Below, in pieces: positions 1 to 11,835 of a stretch of 64,000 nt of DNA (positions within the stretch are counted from its first letter, which is position 1; every line of letters starts with the position of its first letter). The stretch comes from Obrimoposthia wandeli (taxonomy: Eukaryota): the NCBI GenBank assembly GCA_977020255.1, contig CDROCS010001567.1:1-64000 (forward strand). The letters are read 5' to 3'. A program made the position numbers and the translations under genes. The notes under the pieces were generated by a model, which saw only the letters and a list, made by a program, of their open reading frames with translations, did not search any database and had not been told where the DNA came from.

Positions 1-435
1 TACAGGATAACCGGAATCACCTGGCAACTTATAATTGGATGTTTTCCATTTTTAGCAAAATATCTAATGCACCATCATCACGAGAACGAGTTGCGAGCCC
101 TCAAGAAGAAACAACACCAAACGAGAACCATGATGAGAGAACCAAGAAACTATCAAGAAGATGACAACGACGACGATAATGATAGTCCAGGGAGTATATG
201 CAAAAATACCAGGAAAACCAAAGATTCCGTTACCAGACAAGGAAGAAGTGGCGTTAAACCTATATCCAATGAAGGAATTGAAGGAAGAGAAGGAAAAGTT
301 CAAGAGAGGAATCTTAGTGATAAGAAGGCACAAAGTGAGCTACAGTGAAATTCCATAAGCAGAGGAAAAAGACAAAAGATAATTGAAGAATTCTGAAATC
401 TAGATATCAAATGAGAATCGAAGTAACCACCACAA

Positions 436-740
436 GTAGCAGTAACATTGAACGGAAGAGAATATCTTGCCGAAGTTGATACCGGATCTGCAGTATCAGT
501 ACTGAGTAAAGAAATCTTGTCATCAAAATTAAGAGAAGTATGTCCTAGAAAACAGACATTTGTTAACGTGAATGGTATAGATGTAGTGTCGGGAGGAACA
601 CTGAAATGTTCGTTGAATATCGATGGAAGAGCATTGCAGTTAAATGCTAGAATATTCACGAATTGCGGTAATTCCAGTCATGATTGGGATGGACGTAATA
701 CGAATGTTTGAAGGAATAATTATACTACCAAACAACAAGA
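436..740 (+). pseudogene. Retropepsin-like aspartic protease 1 (frameshifted)
   Basis: LNGREYLAEVDTGSAVSVLS (DTG active site at ~478), then after a frameshift VIPVMIGMDVI (the C-terminal I/LGxD motif). Confidence 0.85.
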
Positions 741-1003
741 GTTATAAGAATGACAGTTCAGTAAGAGAGATAAAAATGTTGAGAGGACCCATAGTCGAAA
801 AGGAAAAATGCACTACGTTCCGTATGGGAGGTTCGTACCCAGACAGAAAACGGGAAGCGCTAGCAAAGTCGATACTTCACTACAAAATGTAAATTTCGGA
901 CCTGGCTACGACGGGGAAAAATAACATATGTGAATCTGTGAGAAAGGGATCCCATGAGATTCGAGGAAGAAGAGACAGAAATATATTAGAACAGTACTAT
1001 TCA

Positions 1004-1985
1004 AAAGGAATGGCACGTAAAATGGCAAGATCAGGTTTAGAAATGTTAAACGCGACAAGCGGGGTACTGGTCAGGAGATAGTAGTACGATGCGTATGGTG
1101 TAGAGTAAAGTTCCAGAGAATGGGAAAAGAATGAAAACCCAATGAGACGTCATAAAAGAGATGCACCAAATTGTCCATTTCTTTTGAAACTGAAAACGTC
1201 AAACGTACCAGAAATCCAAACGGGAAAAGCACCCGATTTCGATTACAGTGACGGGATTCCAAAGGAGAATCCAGCTCTAATAACAGGAAGAGTAATAACG
1301 AATAAGTCGAATTGAAGATATATTCAAAGTTATGCGAAGTGAACGAATGTGACGAACAATATCGAAGTAACTTTCGAAGATCCAAGACTTAAAAAAATTG
1401 GCAAAAAGGGACTTTTTGCTATAAAAAAAGGATGGTAAAGACGTAATTAAATGCCACAAGTGTAAAAAAAGAACGAATTATCGACAGATATACTCTTGAG
1501 CTACCCTAAGAAAATTTTACATCATGAATTTTGCGAATTTTGTATTTTTAAAAACAAAATAAAGCAAAAAGAACAGAAAACAGAATATGTAATCGAATAC
1601 CAAAATCACACGAAAGAGATTTTGGCTCAACAAGACACACCGGTAGTGTCATTCGTGAGAAGGTTATATCCAAAAGAAGCAGAAAGAATCAAGAGGTGGT
1701 AGAATTAAAAATAAAAACTACGCGAAACGGATACGGATCGATTTTTAGAATTACTGCGAGATAAAGATGACGGTACAATCGAAACAAAGAAATGAGGACA
1801 CATAAATGAATTAGAATACGTACTAGAAGATCCGGAATGCACGCAGTTTGCATGGTCAACAAAATAGAAGTTGCCTTTCTACCATGCGGACATGTAAGAA
1901 CATGTTGGAGATGTGCGAATGAAATGGTATCATGTCCGATTTGTCGAAGAATAATAGATCGACAAGTGAGGGAAACATTAGATTT
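1004..1985 (+). pseudogene. Inhibitor-of-apoptosis (IAP)-like module, BIR-BIR-RING, frameshifted
   Basis: BIR1 ~1010-1190: RKMARSG..GTGQEIVVRCVWCRVKF/EWEKNENPMRRHKRDAPNCPFL. BIR2 ~1330-1550: LKKLAKR..DGKDVIKCHKC..ILHHEFCEFCIF. C-terminal RING ~1838-1980: C..CMVNKIEVAFLPCGHVRTCWRCANEMVSCPICRRII, the typical IAP RING. Confidence 0.88.
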
Positions 1986-2093
1986 CACTATCCAAACAAA
2001 GGAAGTGGACTGACAGAGTGTAATAATTCGATAAATACAATATACCATATGGGAAACATAAATGGAGCACAGCGACCAGCAGCCTATCATTAG

Positions 2094-2350
2094 GTAAATA
2101 ATTTAAGAGTAAAAGCCTTAATTGATACAGGTGCTGTAGCTTCGATAGTAAGTGAAGACTGTTTGACAGAGGAACAGAAACGAACAATGGCAGAACCAGA
2201 TGAATTCTTGGTATCGGTCAATGGAGACCCTGTAAAAGTGACGGGAATATTACCATGTACATTTATAATTGGACGTAATACGATCACTATACCAGTTAGA
2301 ATCATGAAAGAATGTCCTGAACCTACAATTTTGGGAGCTGGATGTATTAT
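2094..2350 (+). pseudogene. Retropepsin-like aspartic protease 2 (the canonical pol protease position)
   Basis: VNNLRVKALIDTGAVASIVSE...VSVNGDPVKVTG...PTILG(L)D; intact DTG. Confidence 0.9.
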
Positions 2351-2723
2351 CACAACTCAAAGGGATAAGTATTGATTTACAAGATCCAAGATTGAAGGAT
2401 AGCACATCAAACAGACAAATAAACCAAATTGATGTAATTATAGAGAATCCCATAAATCGGTAAAAGATCGCAATTTCTTATTCAAGGTCACATTATCAGA
2501 AGATAAAGGACCAGTTGTGTTCGAACCATCACGAGATTTCATAGAGAAATACGAATTACCAGTTAGCAGGTGCAATATGCCCTGATCGAAAACTTACAAA
2601 ATACCAGTTAGACTGATAATACAACCAACAATGACATCCTATTATACAGAGGAATGAGGTTGGGAACGATAGCACAGATGGAGAATCCCACCGTGTGTGC
2701 TATGAAACTCGATAAAGATACGA

Positions 2724-5420
2724 ATGATTACGAAAATAGTAATCCAATCAGAAAGATTGACAACTAGAGAAAAGGAACAATTACTTGATCTAATACATAA
2801 ATTTCCAAAAGTAATTGCAAAAAATCCATATGACATAGGAGAAACACCTGTCATAAAACATACAATACCACTGACAGAAGACAAAGTAGTCAGAAGAAGA
2901 CCATATCAGTACCATTACAGTTACAAGATGAAGTAAAAAGTCAGATAGAAGATATGTCACAAACTGGAGTAATTAGACCGAGTGTTTCGCCATTCTCCAG
3001 CACCTGTGGTGCTGGTAAAAAGAAGGATGGGAAAATGAGATTCTGTATAGATTTCAGAGAACTGAACAAGATCACAAGAAAAGATGTGTATCCATTACCC
3101 TCCGAAGAATCGAAGATGCTCGATAAATTGGGTAATTCAGATTATTTTACGACATTAGATTTGCAGAGTGGATACTGGCAAATCGAGATAGAGGAAAGAG
3201 GATAAACTGAAACAGCCTTTTCCTGCGGAGATGGATTATACGAATGCGAAAAGATGCCATTCGGACTGACAGGAGCTCCAGCAACATTTCAGCGTTGCAT
3301 GAATTTTGTACTCGCATCGTGTGCCACGATGGTTTATATCGATGACATAATATTTTCGAAAACGTTTGAAGAACATTTAAAAAATCTTGAAGTTGTATTT
3401 AAAAGACTGGAAAACGCTAAATTAAAAGTTAAACCTACAAAATGCGAATGGGCTAAAGAGCGAGTAACATTTTTAGGACATATAGTATCGAAAGAAGGCA
3501 TTCGACCTGATCCAGCAAAGATCCAAGAAAGTAAAAGCGCATTTAGCGCCAAAGACTGTTAAAGAGACCACAGAGTTTTTTGGGTGCTTGCGAATTATTA
3601 TAGACGATTTGTTGAACATTTTCAGATATAGCAACACCATTGAGAAAGTTGACGAGAAAGATGAGAAGTTCATATGGGGAGAAGAAGCCCAACAAGCGTT
3701 CGAGCATTTAAAAGAAAAGATTGATCAAAGCACCAATATTAGCGTTTCCAGATGCTAAACCGACAAATTCATACTCATGACAGATGCAAGTAACTATGCT
3801 GTAGGAGCGGTATTGGGACAAGAGGATGACGAAGGAAGAGAACACGTCATTGCGTATGCGAGTAGAGGATTAAACAGAGCCGAAAAGAGGATACTCTGTT
3901 ATCGAAAAGGAATGTCTAGCCATAGTGTATTCATGTAGACAGTACAACACTATTTGCTAGGACAAAAAGTATTTACTGTATACAGATCACAAACCACTAC
4001 AGTTCTTATATAAACTTATAGAAGATGAGATGAGTAGATTAAACAGATGGTTTCTAAAATTGGCCGAATTCGATCTAGAAATCCGTTATAGAACCGGAAA
4101 GTCGAATGGCAACGCAGATTGTTTATCGAGATTGACAAATGTAGACGAGAAAGGAAACATAATTCCAGAAGATGAAACCAATGATCAAAAAGGAGAAGCA
4201 AATCTACTGACGATTTTGCTAAAGACGGGTAAAATAGACAAAGAGATCATCAAAGAACAGAAAGAAGATGAAGAACTGAGTCTAATCAAAGAATTGTTGA
4301 AAAGGGGAATCTAAGCAATTGAAATGACGAAAAATACTCGATAAGAAGATCTTGTATATTGTCAATAATGTCGGAAAGATAGTAGTAGTAATTCCGAAGT
4401 CATTGAAAACAGCAGTGATGATCCAGTATCACGACGGAACACTAGGAGGACATCTGTCAGGACGAAAGACAATAGCCAGAATCAAAGAGAGAAGTACCGT
4501 GGGATGGTATGGAAGACGACATAAAACAATGGTGTAAACAATGTAAAGTATGTTTAACCAGAAAAGACACCGGAACTCGTACTAAAGTTCACTGAAACCA
4601 ATGCCAGTTCCCTTAGCACCAATGGAATTCACAGCGATGGATATATTGGGACCATTGAGAGAATCAAGTAAAGGAAACAAGTATGTCATAGTATTTACGG
4701 ATTACATGACAGAGATGGGTAGAAGCATATCCCATGCAGAACCAGAAGGCTGAAACAATGGCACAAATCTTAGTAGAAGAGATAATATTTCATTGCAGTG
4801 CCTAGAAAATTGTTGACGGATCAAGGTAAGAACTTCACTGGAGAAGTCATAAAAGCAGTATCGAAGATATTCGGAATCATGAAGTTACAAACTTCACCAT
4901 ATCACCCACAGACAGATGGTCTGGTAGAAAGGTTTAATAAAACTTTATGTATGATGGTACAATCCTATTGCTCAGACAAGCAAGAGGATTGGGATAAATA
5001 TTTACCTTCATGTTTATATGCTTACAGGAATTCAGTTCGAGAGACGACGGGTCACACCATTCTATCTGATGTATCTCAGACAGAACAATATGCCGATGAA
5101 TCTGGAGTGGACCGAGCCAACATCTCGAGTACCTAGAAACTGAACAATACATTGTCGTCATGAAGGAAAGGTTACAAGATGCTTGGACCAAAGCCGGATT
5201 GAAGTTGAAATTCAATCAAGAAGATTCTAAGGAACAATGTTAAAAAAGCAAAACCACATGAATTTAGAGTCGGAGATCAAGTGATGATATTGTCCGGAAA
5301 TTATCGGACATTCAAGTCTATCGTTTAAACTTCACAGACCATACAAAGGACCATACAAGGTGATCCAGACAACCTCAACAAATTTGAAAGTAATCAACGA
5401 AGAATCGGAATAAAGGAACC
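2724..5420 (+). pseudogene. pol: Gypsy pol (RT, RNase H, integrase), many frameshifts
   Basis: RT: KKKDGKMRFCIDFRELN, DLQSGYWQI, MPFGLTGAPATFQR, YIDD. RNase H: TDASNYAVGAVL, TDHKPL, NADCLSR. Integrase: HDGTLGGH..CKQC zinc domain, LLTDQGKNF, PYHPQTDGLVERFN, GPY motif near 5350. Confidence 0.95.
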
Positions 5421-7058
5421 GATGATTGTACATGCAAATCGATGCAAAGAAATTGCGTTAAAAATAAAGATAATGCGTCACGATATGAGTTAAGATCACA
5501 GAAATCGAAATCGAATACCAATACCATTAAACTTACACGAATGGTAAGTGATCGGAACTATAAACATGATGACGAGTGGTAGCGAGAAAAAACCAATAAT
5601 TGGTATGCTCAAGAATGAAGTACCAAGAGGAAAAGGAAGTAATCCGACACATCGCACCACAAGAGATATTAGAAGAAGACGAAGAGATAATAGTTGTTTT
5701 CGAAAAAACACAACCCACAGATGTGGCTAAAGAAGTCATTGTGAAAGATGCACTGACAAACGAATTTCTGTGCGAACTTAGGTGTCATACTACGACGGAA
5801 ATACATTAGTCGCAGCACTTTATCAAATTCCAATGTGTTTACGACTGAGAAAGTGATAATCCAGCTCTGACTGGCATAGGCTTATAGTTGTAGAACTATG
5901 ACGGTACTGAAGCAGGACTAGCCAGTCAGGAAGAAAAGAACCGGCCGGTGGTCACATACTGCATGGTACACCAAAAGACTCAAACAAGAATACCACGATG
6001 TAATAATGGTATTACGTAATTCACATGGGAAAAGAGATATCATGAGTCCATTTAATCGACGCTGACACTGAAAAGATAAATTGTCAGATGGACACCAAAT
6101 GCTTTGATGGAAAGACAATTGTACATGTTGTATACCAGAATCTCACCGGTTAGACACGGATCAAACGGAAGTATCTGTAAGGTTGAGCGTAATAGAAGGA
6201 TTCCATTCGCCAACCCATCCGGAAGTGACTAACAATAAAATCATCAAAGCAACAGCAGAGTTACGCATTGACAGCGGATACCGGAAGTGGGAAGCAAAAA
6301 ATAAAAAGCCACAAAGAATCAATATGATCCGAGAACAAGTGACCAACTCAATCAGCCAAAATATCATGCTGAAATAGTATCATCCGCACCAAGTGTAATT
6401 ACATCGATAAACGACAATTATAATTTTACTAAAAAATCGATGGCCGTCATCAACTGAGATACGAAGTAAACTTAATTAATTATGCGAAGACACCGATATC
6501 TAAGCTGAATGTTACCTATTTTGATGGATTGTCCATCATGAGTAAATTGGAAACAATTGTCATGTGCTATGGAGCAGTTCCAAATTGGAATACTTAAAGA
6601 TAGTGTAATACCCTATCCGATTCACAAACACGAAGGAAATCAATCCAGTTATTCTAACCCCTTCATTAATTTCAGTCCAGACAGACATACCAGAGTACCC
6701 TTCGAGCGAGTCTAGTGAAGACAGCGAACCGGAAGTAACGATACAGAATCAACAGAATCCGAAGATAACATAATAGAGCGATTCGGAAGAACCATGGAGG
6801 TTGAATTCGCTAAAGAGAGCAGAAAAAGACAAAACATAGAATTCGTGAAACAGAATATACAAGAAAGACGAATTAAATCTGCAGAAGAGACCGAATCGGA
6901 AGAAGACTCAACAAAGGAACAGACATCAGAGACAAAGATGAATACCTCTCCAGCAATACGAATGCTGAGAGGAAAGAAACTAATAGAAACTAACTAACAT
7001 CGACGAACAGATAGAGAAGAGATTAGAAAGACTAAAACTTGAAGAGTCAGAATTAATG

Positions 7059-7470
7059 CCACCAATGAGTGAGATCATTCCAGATGAAGTTATGCCTCGG
7101 AAGTAATGTGGAAGATGCAACAGATGAAAAAGAAACTGTTGGAACAAGGATAACATACGTGATCCCAACGTTACAATGAATCACAAATCACAATATCAGA
7201 CAATCAGAGCTATGACATTAGAGTAAAAAGACTCAATGGACGCTAATCTTCTCGAATGGTTTGTGAAACAAACGAAATACTTCACAGAGAACTCCGGAAC
7301 CAGGAAAAGTGTTAGTACATTGTCAGAAAGGAATTTCTCGATCAGCAACTCTAGTGATAGCATACCTAATAAAGACTAGACGAATGCAGGTACTAGAAGC
7401 GCTAAAATACCTACAGGAGAGAAAATGCCGAGCCAAATCCTATTTTTTGGACAGTTGGCAAATTACCAAC
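7059..7470 (+). pseudogene. Dual-specificity protein phosphatase domain (MKP/VH1-like), frameshifted
   Basis: Intact P-loop VLVHCQKGISRSATLVIAYLIK (HCx5R) at ~7312-7375. Upstream fragments read PMSEIIP..LGS..DA..LLEQGITYV.NVT; downstream LEALKYLQER. Confidence 0.9.
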
Positions 7471-7569
7471 TTCTGTTACCAGAGCTGTAAGACAGATGGA
7501 CGACGTACGGATCAAAAGGAAAGAATTTCCTCAAGCATTATCATTGACCGGGTTATTCTTAGCCGGAGT

Positions 7570-7945
7570 CGACAAAATTACACAGATAATGCGCAAAGTA
7601 TTTTTATGTCATCCAGGAGATATAGACACTGCTGGATTAAAGTTCCACAGTATCAACCGAGTAGTAACGTTGTTGAAGTCGGAAACGAGATAATTAGTCT
7701 GTGTCAAAATACTGAAGATGACACCACTCGATACATACATGCTTCCAATCGAGAGATAAACGATGCACAACAACATCTGACGAAATTGACTCAAACCATC
7801 CAAGCCGAAGTCACAGAAGGAAACGGCGTTCTGATATATCAGAAAAAGGTACAATGTTAGCGCCTACCATGGGTGTATCCTTGTTGGTAGAGTACCATGG
7901 TCACACGCCAGAAGAAGCGATGGTCTACATCAGAACAGAATGAAT
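7570..7945 (+). pseudogene. Second DSP-fold domain, probably catalytically dead
   Basis: ITQIMRKVFL..GDID..L.F.SINRVVTL; I.DAQQHL...IQAEVTEGNGVLIY..KGTMLAPTMGVSLLVEYHGHTPEEAMVYIR. This follows the DSP layout but has no Cys or Arg in the P-loop. Confidence 0.55.
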
Positions 7946-8039
7946 TGAATGCGGAATTCAAACCGTTACTCGTTCGAGAAATAGAGAAGTACGCCGAAAA
8001 GGAAGCAGCAACGAGAAACAAATGAAGCTACAACAACAG

Positions 8040-8290
8040 TGCCAAGCTTTCAATACCAAGGTGCTAGCGATAGGCTTGTTAAGTTGTTTAATGCCGATAA
8101 CGGGAGCACAAGGAAATAGACTCCAACCACGGAAATAGTTCCTGGTTCAACGAAATCCACAATTACACCATACAGTACCATACGCCGGCACTGATGATGC
8201 TATTAGTATTGTTAGGACTAATTGATGTGTGGATCATCCGAAAATGTCTTCGATCTATGAGAACCGACAGTAAAAGATTTCGGTTGTAAA
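8040..8290 (+). pseudogene. Small membrane-protein remnant
   Basis: Signal-like KVLAIGLLSCLMPITGAQG, then TM-like TPALMMLLVLLGLIDVWIIRKCLR; the TM segment is conserved in copy 2 (60590-60670). Confidence 0.5.
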
Positions 8291-8291
8291 G

Positions 8292-8663
8292 ATGAAAAGA
8301 CCAAATGGACCAACGAACAAAGTGCTTGTGTATCTAGACGAAAGGATCGAGGACAACATAGTAAACGAAGCGATATTTTACCCACAAAACAGAATACTGA
8401 ATCAATTTCGAATAGATTACGAAGCTGACCGACAGCGCACACTTGACCGAATATCAACAACATTCGCCGGATGCAAGCGAAGTAAACGAGTTGTAAAGGA
8501 AATACAAAAAGATGCTGATACAAAAGGACCAACGTACATATTCGACGGCAGTGTCATCAAAACACGTGAGTATGGAAGTAAGAGAGTGATAATCGAAACG
8601 ATGAAGGACATAAAACATGCTTGTCCGCAAAAACGGATTTGGAAAGTTGACGATACAAGGTAA
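8292..8663 (+). CDS. Accessory ORF of unknown function (123 aa)
   Basis: Open frame starting MKRPNGP; a clearly homologous, decayed sequence lies at 60684-61060 in copy 2. Confidence 0.55.
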   Translation: MKRPNGPTNKVLVYLDERIEDNIVNEAIFYPQNRILNQFRIDYEADRQRTLDRISTTFAGCKRSKRVVKEIQKDADTKGPTYIFDGSVIKTREYGSKRVIIETMKDIKHACPQKRIWKVDDTR

Positions 8664-9344
8664 ACCAGTACAGTTGATTATCGGAAGAAATGGAATCGAG
8701 AGATGTCAAAACAACGACAGATAACAAAACGATCTAATCAGAAACAGATATCTCTCAAACGATTGATAATTAAAACCCTTTGCAAAAGGTCAGTCAAGGC
8801 CCTGTGCACCGTTGCACAAGTTGATCTATGGAGTAGTAATTGGATTGGTACTGCAAGCCATGCCAACCAGTAAACCGAATTGATGACACTATCCGAATAT
8901 AATTTACATTTGAGAAATCTAGACAACACCCTAGAAATAATCAAGACATCCCACAGTAGAGCCGTGATGATCATGTGTGTAAAGGATGTCCAGGACGAAT
9001 GTGTATAGTCCCAGCGACCGAAATGATAACACTTAATGGACATTATGGAGTTAGTGTTGTCACATGTGAAGACTACATATTTGGACAAACTAAAATAGTG
9101 CTTCTCAGTGACATGTCAACCAAAGTGCACACAAATTTAAAATATTAACCATCAAGAGTAAAGGAATACCAGCAGTACGTTATGGTATTCTAGAATTAGT
9201 TAATCAATACTGGCACTGATCTGGATTTATAATATTGATACTACTCATCTTGTTTTTGTTGTACAAAGATAGAGTTGGATCAAAAAAGAAACGTCATGAT
9301 CTCGCAAGACGAGCAGGTCAAATGAATTTACAAAATTCAACACA

Positions 9345-10715
9345 ATGATACCAAGACCAGCATTCCTAAATGAACCAGCACCAGAGTATCAGCCAACGAT
9401 ATACGAACATATCGAGGAAAGACCATACTACATGAGTCACTTGAGTTATCCTAGAGAAGTTCCTGAGATTAGGAACCAGACGATCAGAGGAATCATGCTG
9501 ATCATGCAAATCACCACGACCGAGGCTGGTTATGAGATCGTGATCAGTAAATGGAGACAAAATACGATACGGGCGTTATCCATAAAAATACCTCTAATAA
9601 AAACAAATTACGTAATAGACATTCACCTACAAACATCAGCAACCGAAAATGTCGATCAGAAATTGTATGTCATTCGCCAGATCAAATTAAAGATTGACCA
9701 ACATAAACTTTACTACCGACTGATATTATTCTACCATGAAAAGGTATTGTACCTACGAATAACAATATCAAAAAGGAAACGGATTGTTCAAATTATCCGA
9801 ACAAAGTCATTAATATTGCCTAACGACGAGCGCATCTGGAAAGTTGTCGACAGGATTATGATCACAGGTAGACGACGTAAAACCGTATGGAATTCCGTTA
9901 GATTATTCTTCAGATTGTTAGAAACTGACAAAGTAACAGTGTCGTGTCCCAATCCAGATGGTGGAATCAGATCCGAAATTCAAAACCAAATGTTAGTACC
10001 ACATTTTGATACAGAACGTCTATGTAACCGAATTCCCAGCAATGCTAGAGAGACCTCTACCATAATCATAGTAATAACAGGTGAAATATCCTACATAACT
10101 CTAAGATACCAGACACGTCGATTTCGTGGACTCGGTATAAGTATCAAACCCAGGAAAATCATTTCCGGAAAACCAATCATAGTCATAAAAAAGAAGGCAA
10201 GGGTAAACGGAAGTAAACGCCATTCCGAGAAGCCAAAAGTAATCATAACAAAGACAGAAGCGAAAGAAAAAGAGCTCAATTCCAGAAACCAAAGTACAAT
10301 TATTAAGAGGACAAGAGTGAGGGGAACGATCCCACTAGATCCCAAACATCATTTCCAATCCAAAATAATAATACCTGTTCCATCAGAAACAAAACACCCA
10401 AATCCACGAATTTTTAGAAAATCGGACATAATACATGGAGACCGATCAAAACCCATGGAAATGTCATTCGAACCGACAAACAACAAAATGAAGTATGATT
10501 ATCAACCATCAGACAGCGGAATAACAGCGGTCAATGCTCTAATTGGAATGGCCGTAGTGTCAACAGCAGTGGTTCTATTGACAGTTGTTTGCGTAAAAGG
10601 CAGTCAAATATGCCCAAGAATACGACGAAAATGCGAAGGACTGCGATGCTGTGACACACCCATCATGGAGGAAGTGGAATTGCGACCCTTACCTCCGCCT
10701 CCCATCAAGATATGA
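9345..10715 (+). CDS. Large accessory ORF with a C-terminal transmembrane helix (456 aa), possibly env-position protein
   Basis: Uninterrupted ORF; TM ALIGMAVVSTAVVLLTVVCV followed by a Cys/Arg tail and LPPPPIKI; homologous open ORF at 61280-62350. No recognisable env family motif, so the env identity is unproven. Confidence 0.75.
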   Translation: MIPRPAFLNEPAPEYQPTIYEHIEERPYYMSHLSYPREVPEIRNQTIRGIMLIMQITTTEAGYEIVISKWRQNTIRALSIKIPLIKTNYVIDIHLQTSATENVDQKLYVIRQIKLKIDQHKLYYRLILFYHEKVLYLRITISKRKRIVQIIRTKSLILPNDERIWKVVDRIMITGRRRKTVWNSVRLFFRLLETDKVTVSCPNPDGGIRSEIQNQMLVPHFDTERLCNRIPSNARETSTIIIVITGEISYITLRYQTRRFRGLGISIKPRKIISGKPIIVIKKKARVNGSKRHSEKPKVIITKTEAKEKELNSRNQSTIIKRTRVRGTIPLDPKHHFQSKIIIPVPSETKHPNPRIFRKSDIIHGDRSKPMEMSFEPTNNKMKYDYQPSDSGITAVNALIGMAVVSTAVVLLTVVCVKGSQICPRIRRKCEGLRCCDTPIMEEVELRPLPPPPIKI

Positions 10716-10838
10716 TGAGTCAGAGGAGGTTGTAGATAAATTAGTGTGTGAAATATGTAGAAATATCTAGAAGTGATTGTACAAATAGTAGAAATATATA
10801 AAACTCATGTAGAAATTAATCATCATCATGTATTTAGA

Positions 10839-11138
10839 ATGTCCGAAGAATGCCCAATATGTTTGGAAGATCTAACCGAACGAAGAACAAGACCCGAAAC
10901 CTGCAACCATTTACACCACGAGGAATGTTTATCGACATGGATCAGAACTTATGGACAGTTCGGACATCCAACATACCCTTGTTGCCCTGTATGCAGAAGA
11001 CAATTCGCAAGATTCATCATGTTAGAACCCAACCAAGAGGATGTATATGTACAGGTGGTATTCTGTTGGAAGAATTTCGGAGAGTGTTGGTGTTATTACT
11101 GTTTGTCAGATCGACAAAATCAGACCACTTTTGTGTAA
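10839..11138 (+). CDS. RING-H2 protein 1 (putative E3 ligase)
   Basis: MSEECPIC..CNHLHHEEC..CPVC (C3H2C3) plus a tail FCWKNFGECWCYYC. Confidence 0.85.
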   Translation: MSEECPICLEDLTERRTRPETCNHLHHEECLSTWIRTYGQFGHPTYPCCPVCRRQFARFIMLEPNQEDVYVQVVFCWKNFGECWCYYCLSDRQNQTTFV

Positions 11139-11198
11139 ACATCACACAACCACCAGTCCTCAATCGAGCCCAAATTCAACATCAACCCTCCCACAGTA

Positions 11199-11512
11199 AT
11201 GTCTGGAGAATGTTCCATCTGCTACGAGAGCATCGTGGACTTCTACACCAAGCCCAACAACTGCGACCACCTCTTCCACGTCGAATGCCTCGAGACGTGG
11301 ATCCCCATTGCCAACAGCAACAATCCCCTCGACTTCCCAACCTGCCCGATGTGCAGAGCGACCTTCTCAGTACACTACGTGTACAACCAGGGACAGCCTC
11401 AAGCAGTGGTACCCATCGTACACTGCTGGAAAACATCTGCGATTGCTGGTGCTCGTTCTGCGTGAAGGAGCGAAGCACAGGCCAGCCAATCCCCAACAAT
11501 AATCGAAGGTAA
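11199..11512 (+). CDS. RING-H2 protein 2 (1-nt deletion near its C-terminus)
   Basis: MSGECSIC..CDHLFHVEC..CPMC. The tail HCW/NICDCWCSFC lies in a shifted frame; copy 2 reads HCWKDICDCWCIFC in frame. Confidence 0.85.
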
Positions 11513-11835
11513 CTTTCTGACTTGAACGTGACATCATGAACTACCCTGTGTATCGCATACCGCGATAAATTAGCTACCATAATTGTAATCATAATTATAT
11601 AATCTTGTGAACTGTAAATTGACCATTACCATTTTTATGTATGATGTTTAACTGAAATTGTAATTATTATACTGAATTTCTAAAAAGACAATTTTTTATG
11701 CTTAGTGTGAATGCGTAAACATGCCTAAATCGAAACAAAACTCGGTAGGATTAGATAACTAAGGATTCGTTTTGAAATAAAATTTAAATTAACGATGAGA
11801 ACGGTGAACCCCAAATTGAAAGGAGTTATTTTCTT

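Noticed and set aside
1-130. Possible Bcl-2 BH1-like segment (TGITWQLIIGCFPFLAKYL)
   Set aside because: Lacks the NWGR core and no BH2 was found downstream; too weak without a profile search.
790-900. A third BIR repeat (EKEKCTTF..REALAKS)
   Set aside because: Resembles a BIR N-terminus, but no zinc-ligand pattern could be recovered.
2400-2720. Extra cargo domain between protease 2 and RT
   Set aside because: Looks like the ordinary PR-RT linker seen in many Gypsy pol proteins; too decayed to call.
10850-11592. Overlapping 220-aa and antisense ORFs over the RING genes
   Set aside because: Shadow frames of GC-rich RING coding sequence; not conserved as open frames in copy 2.
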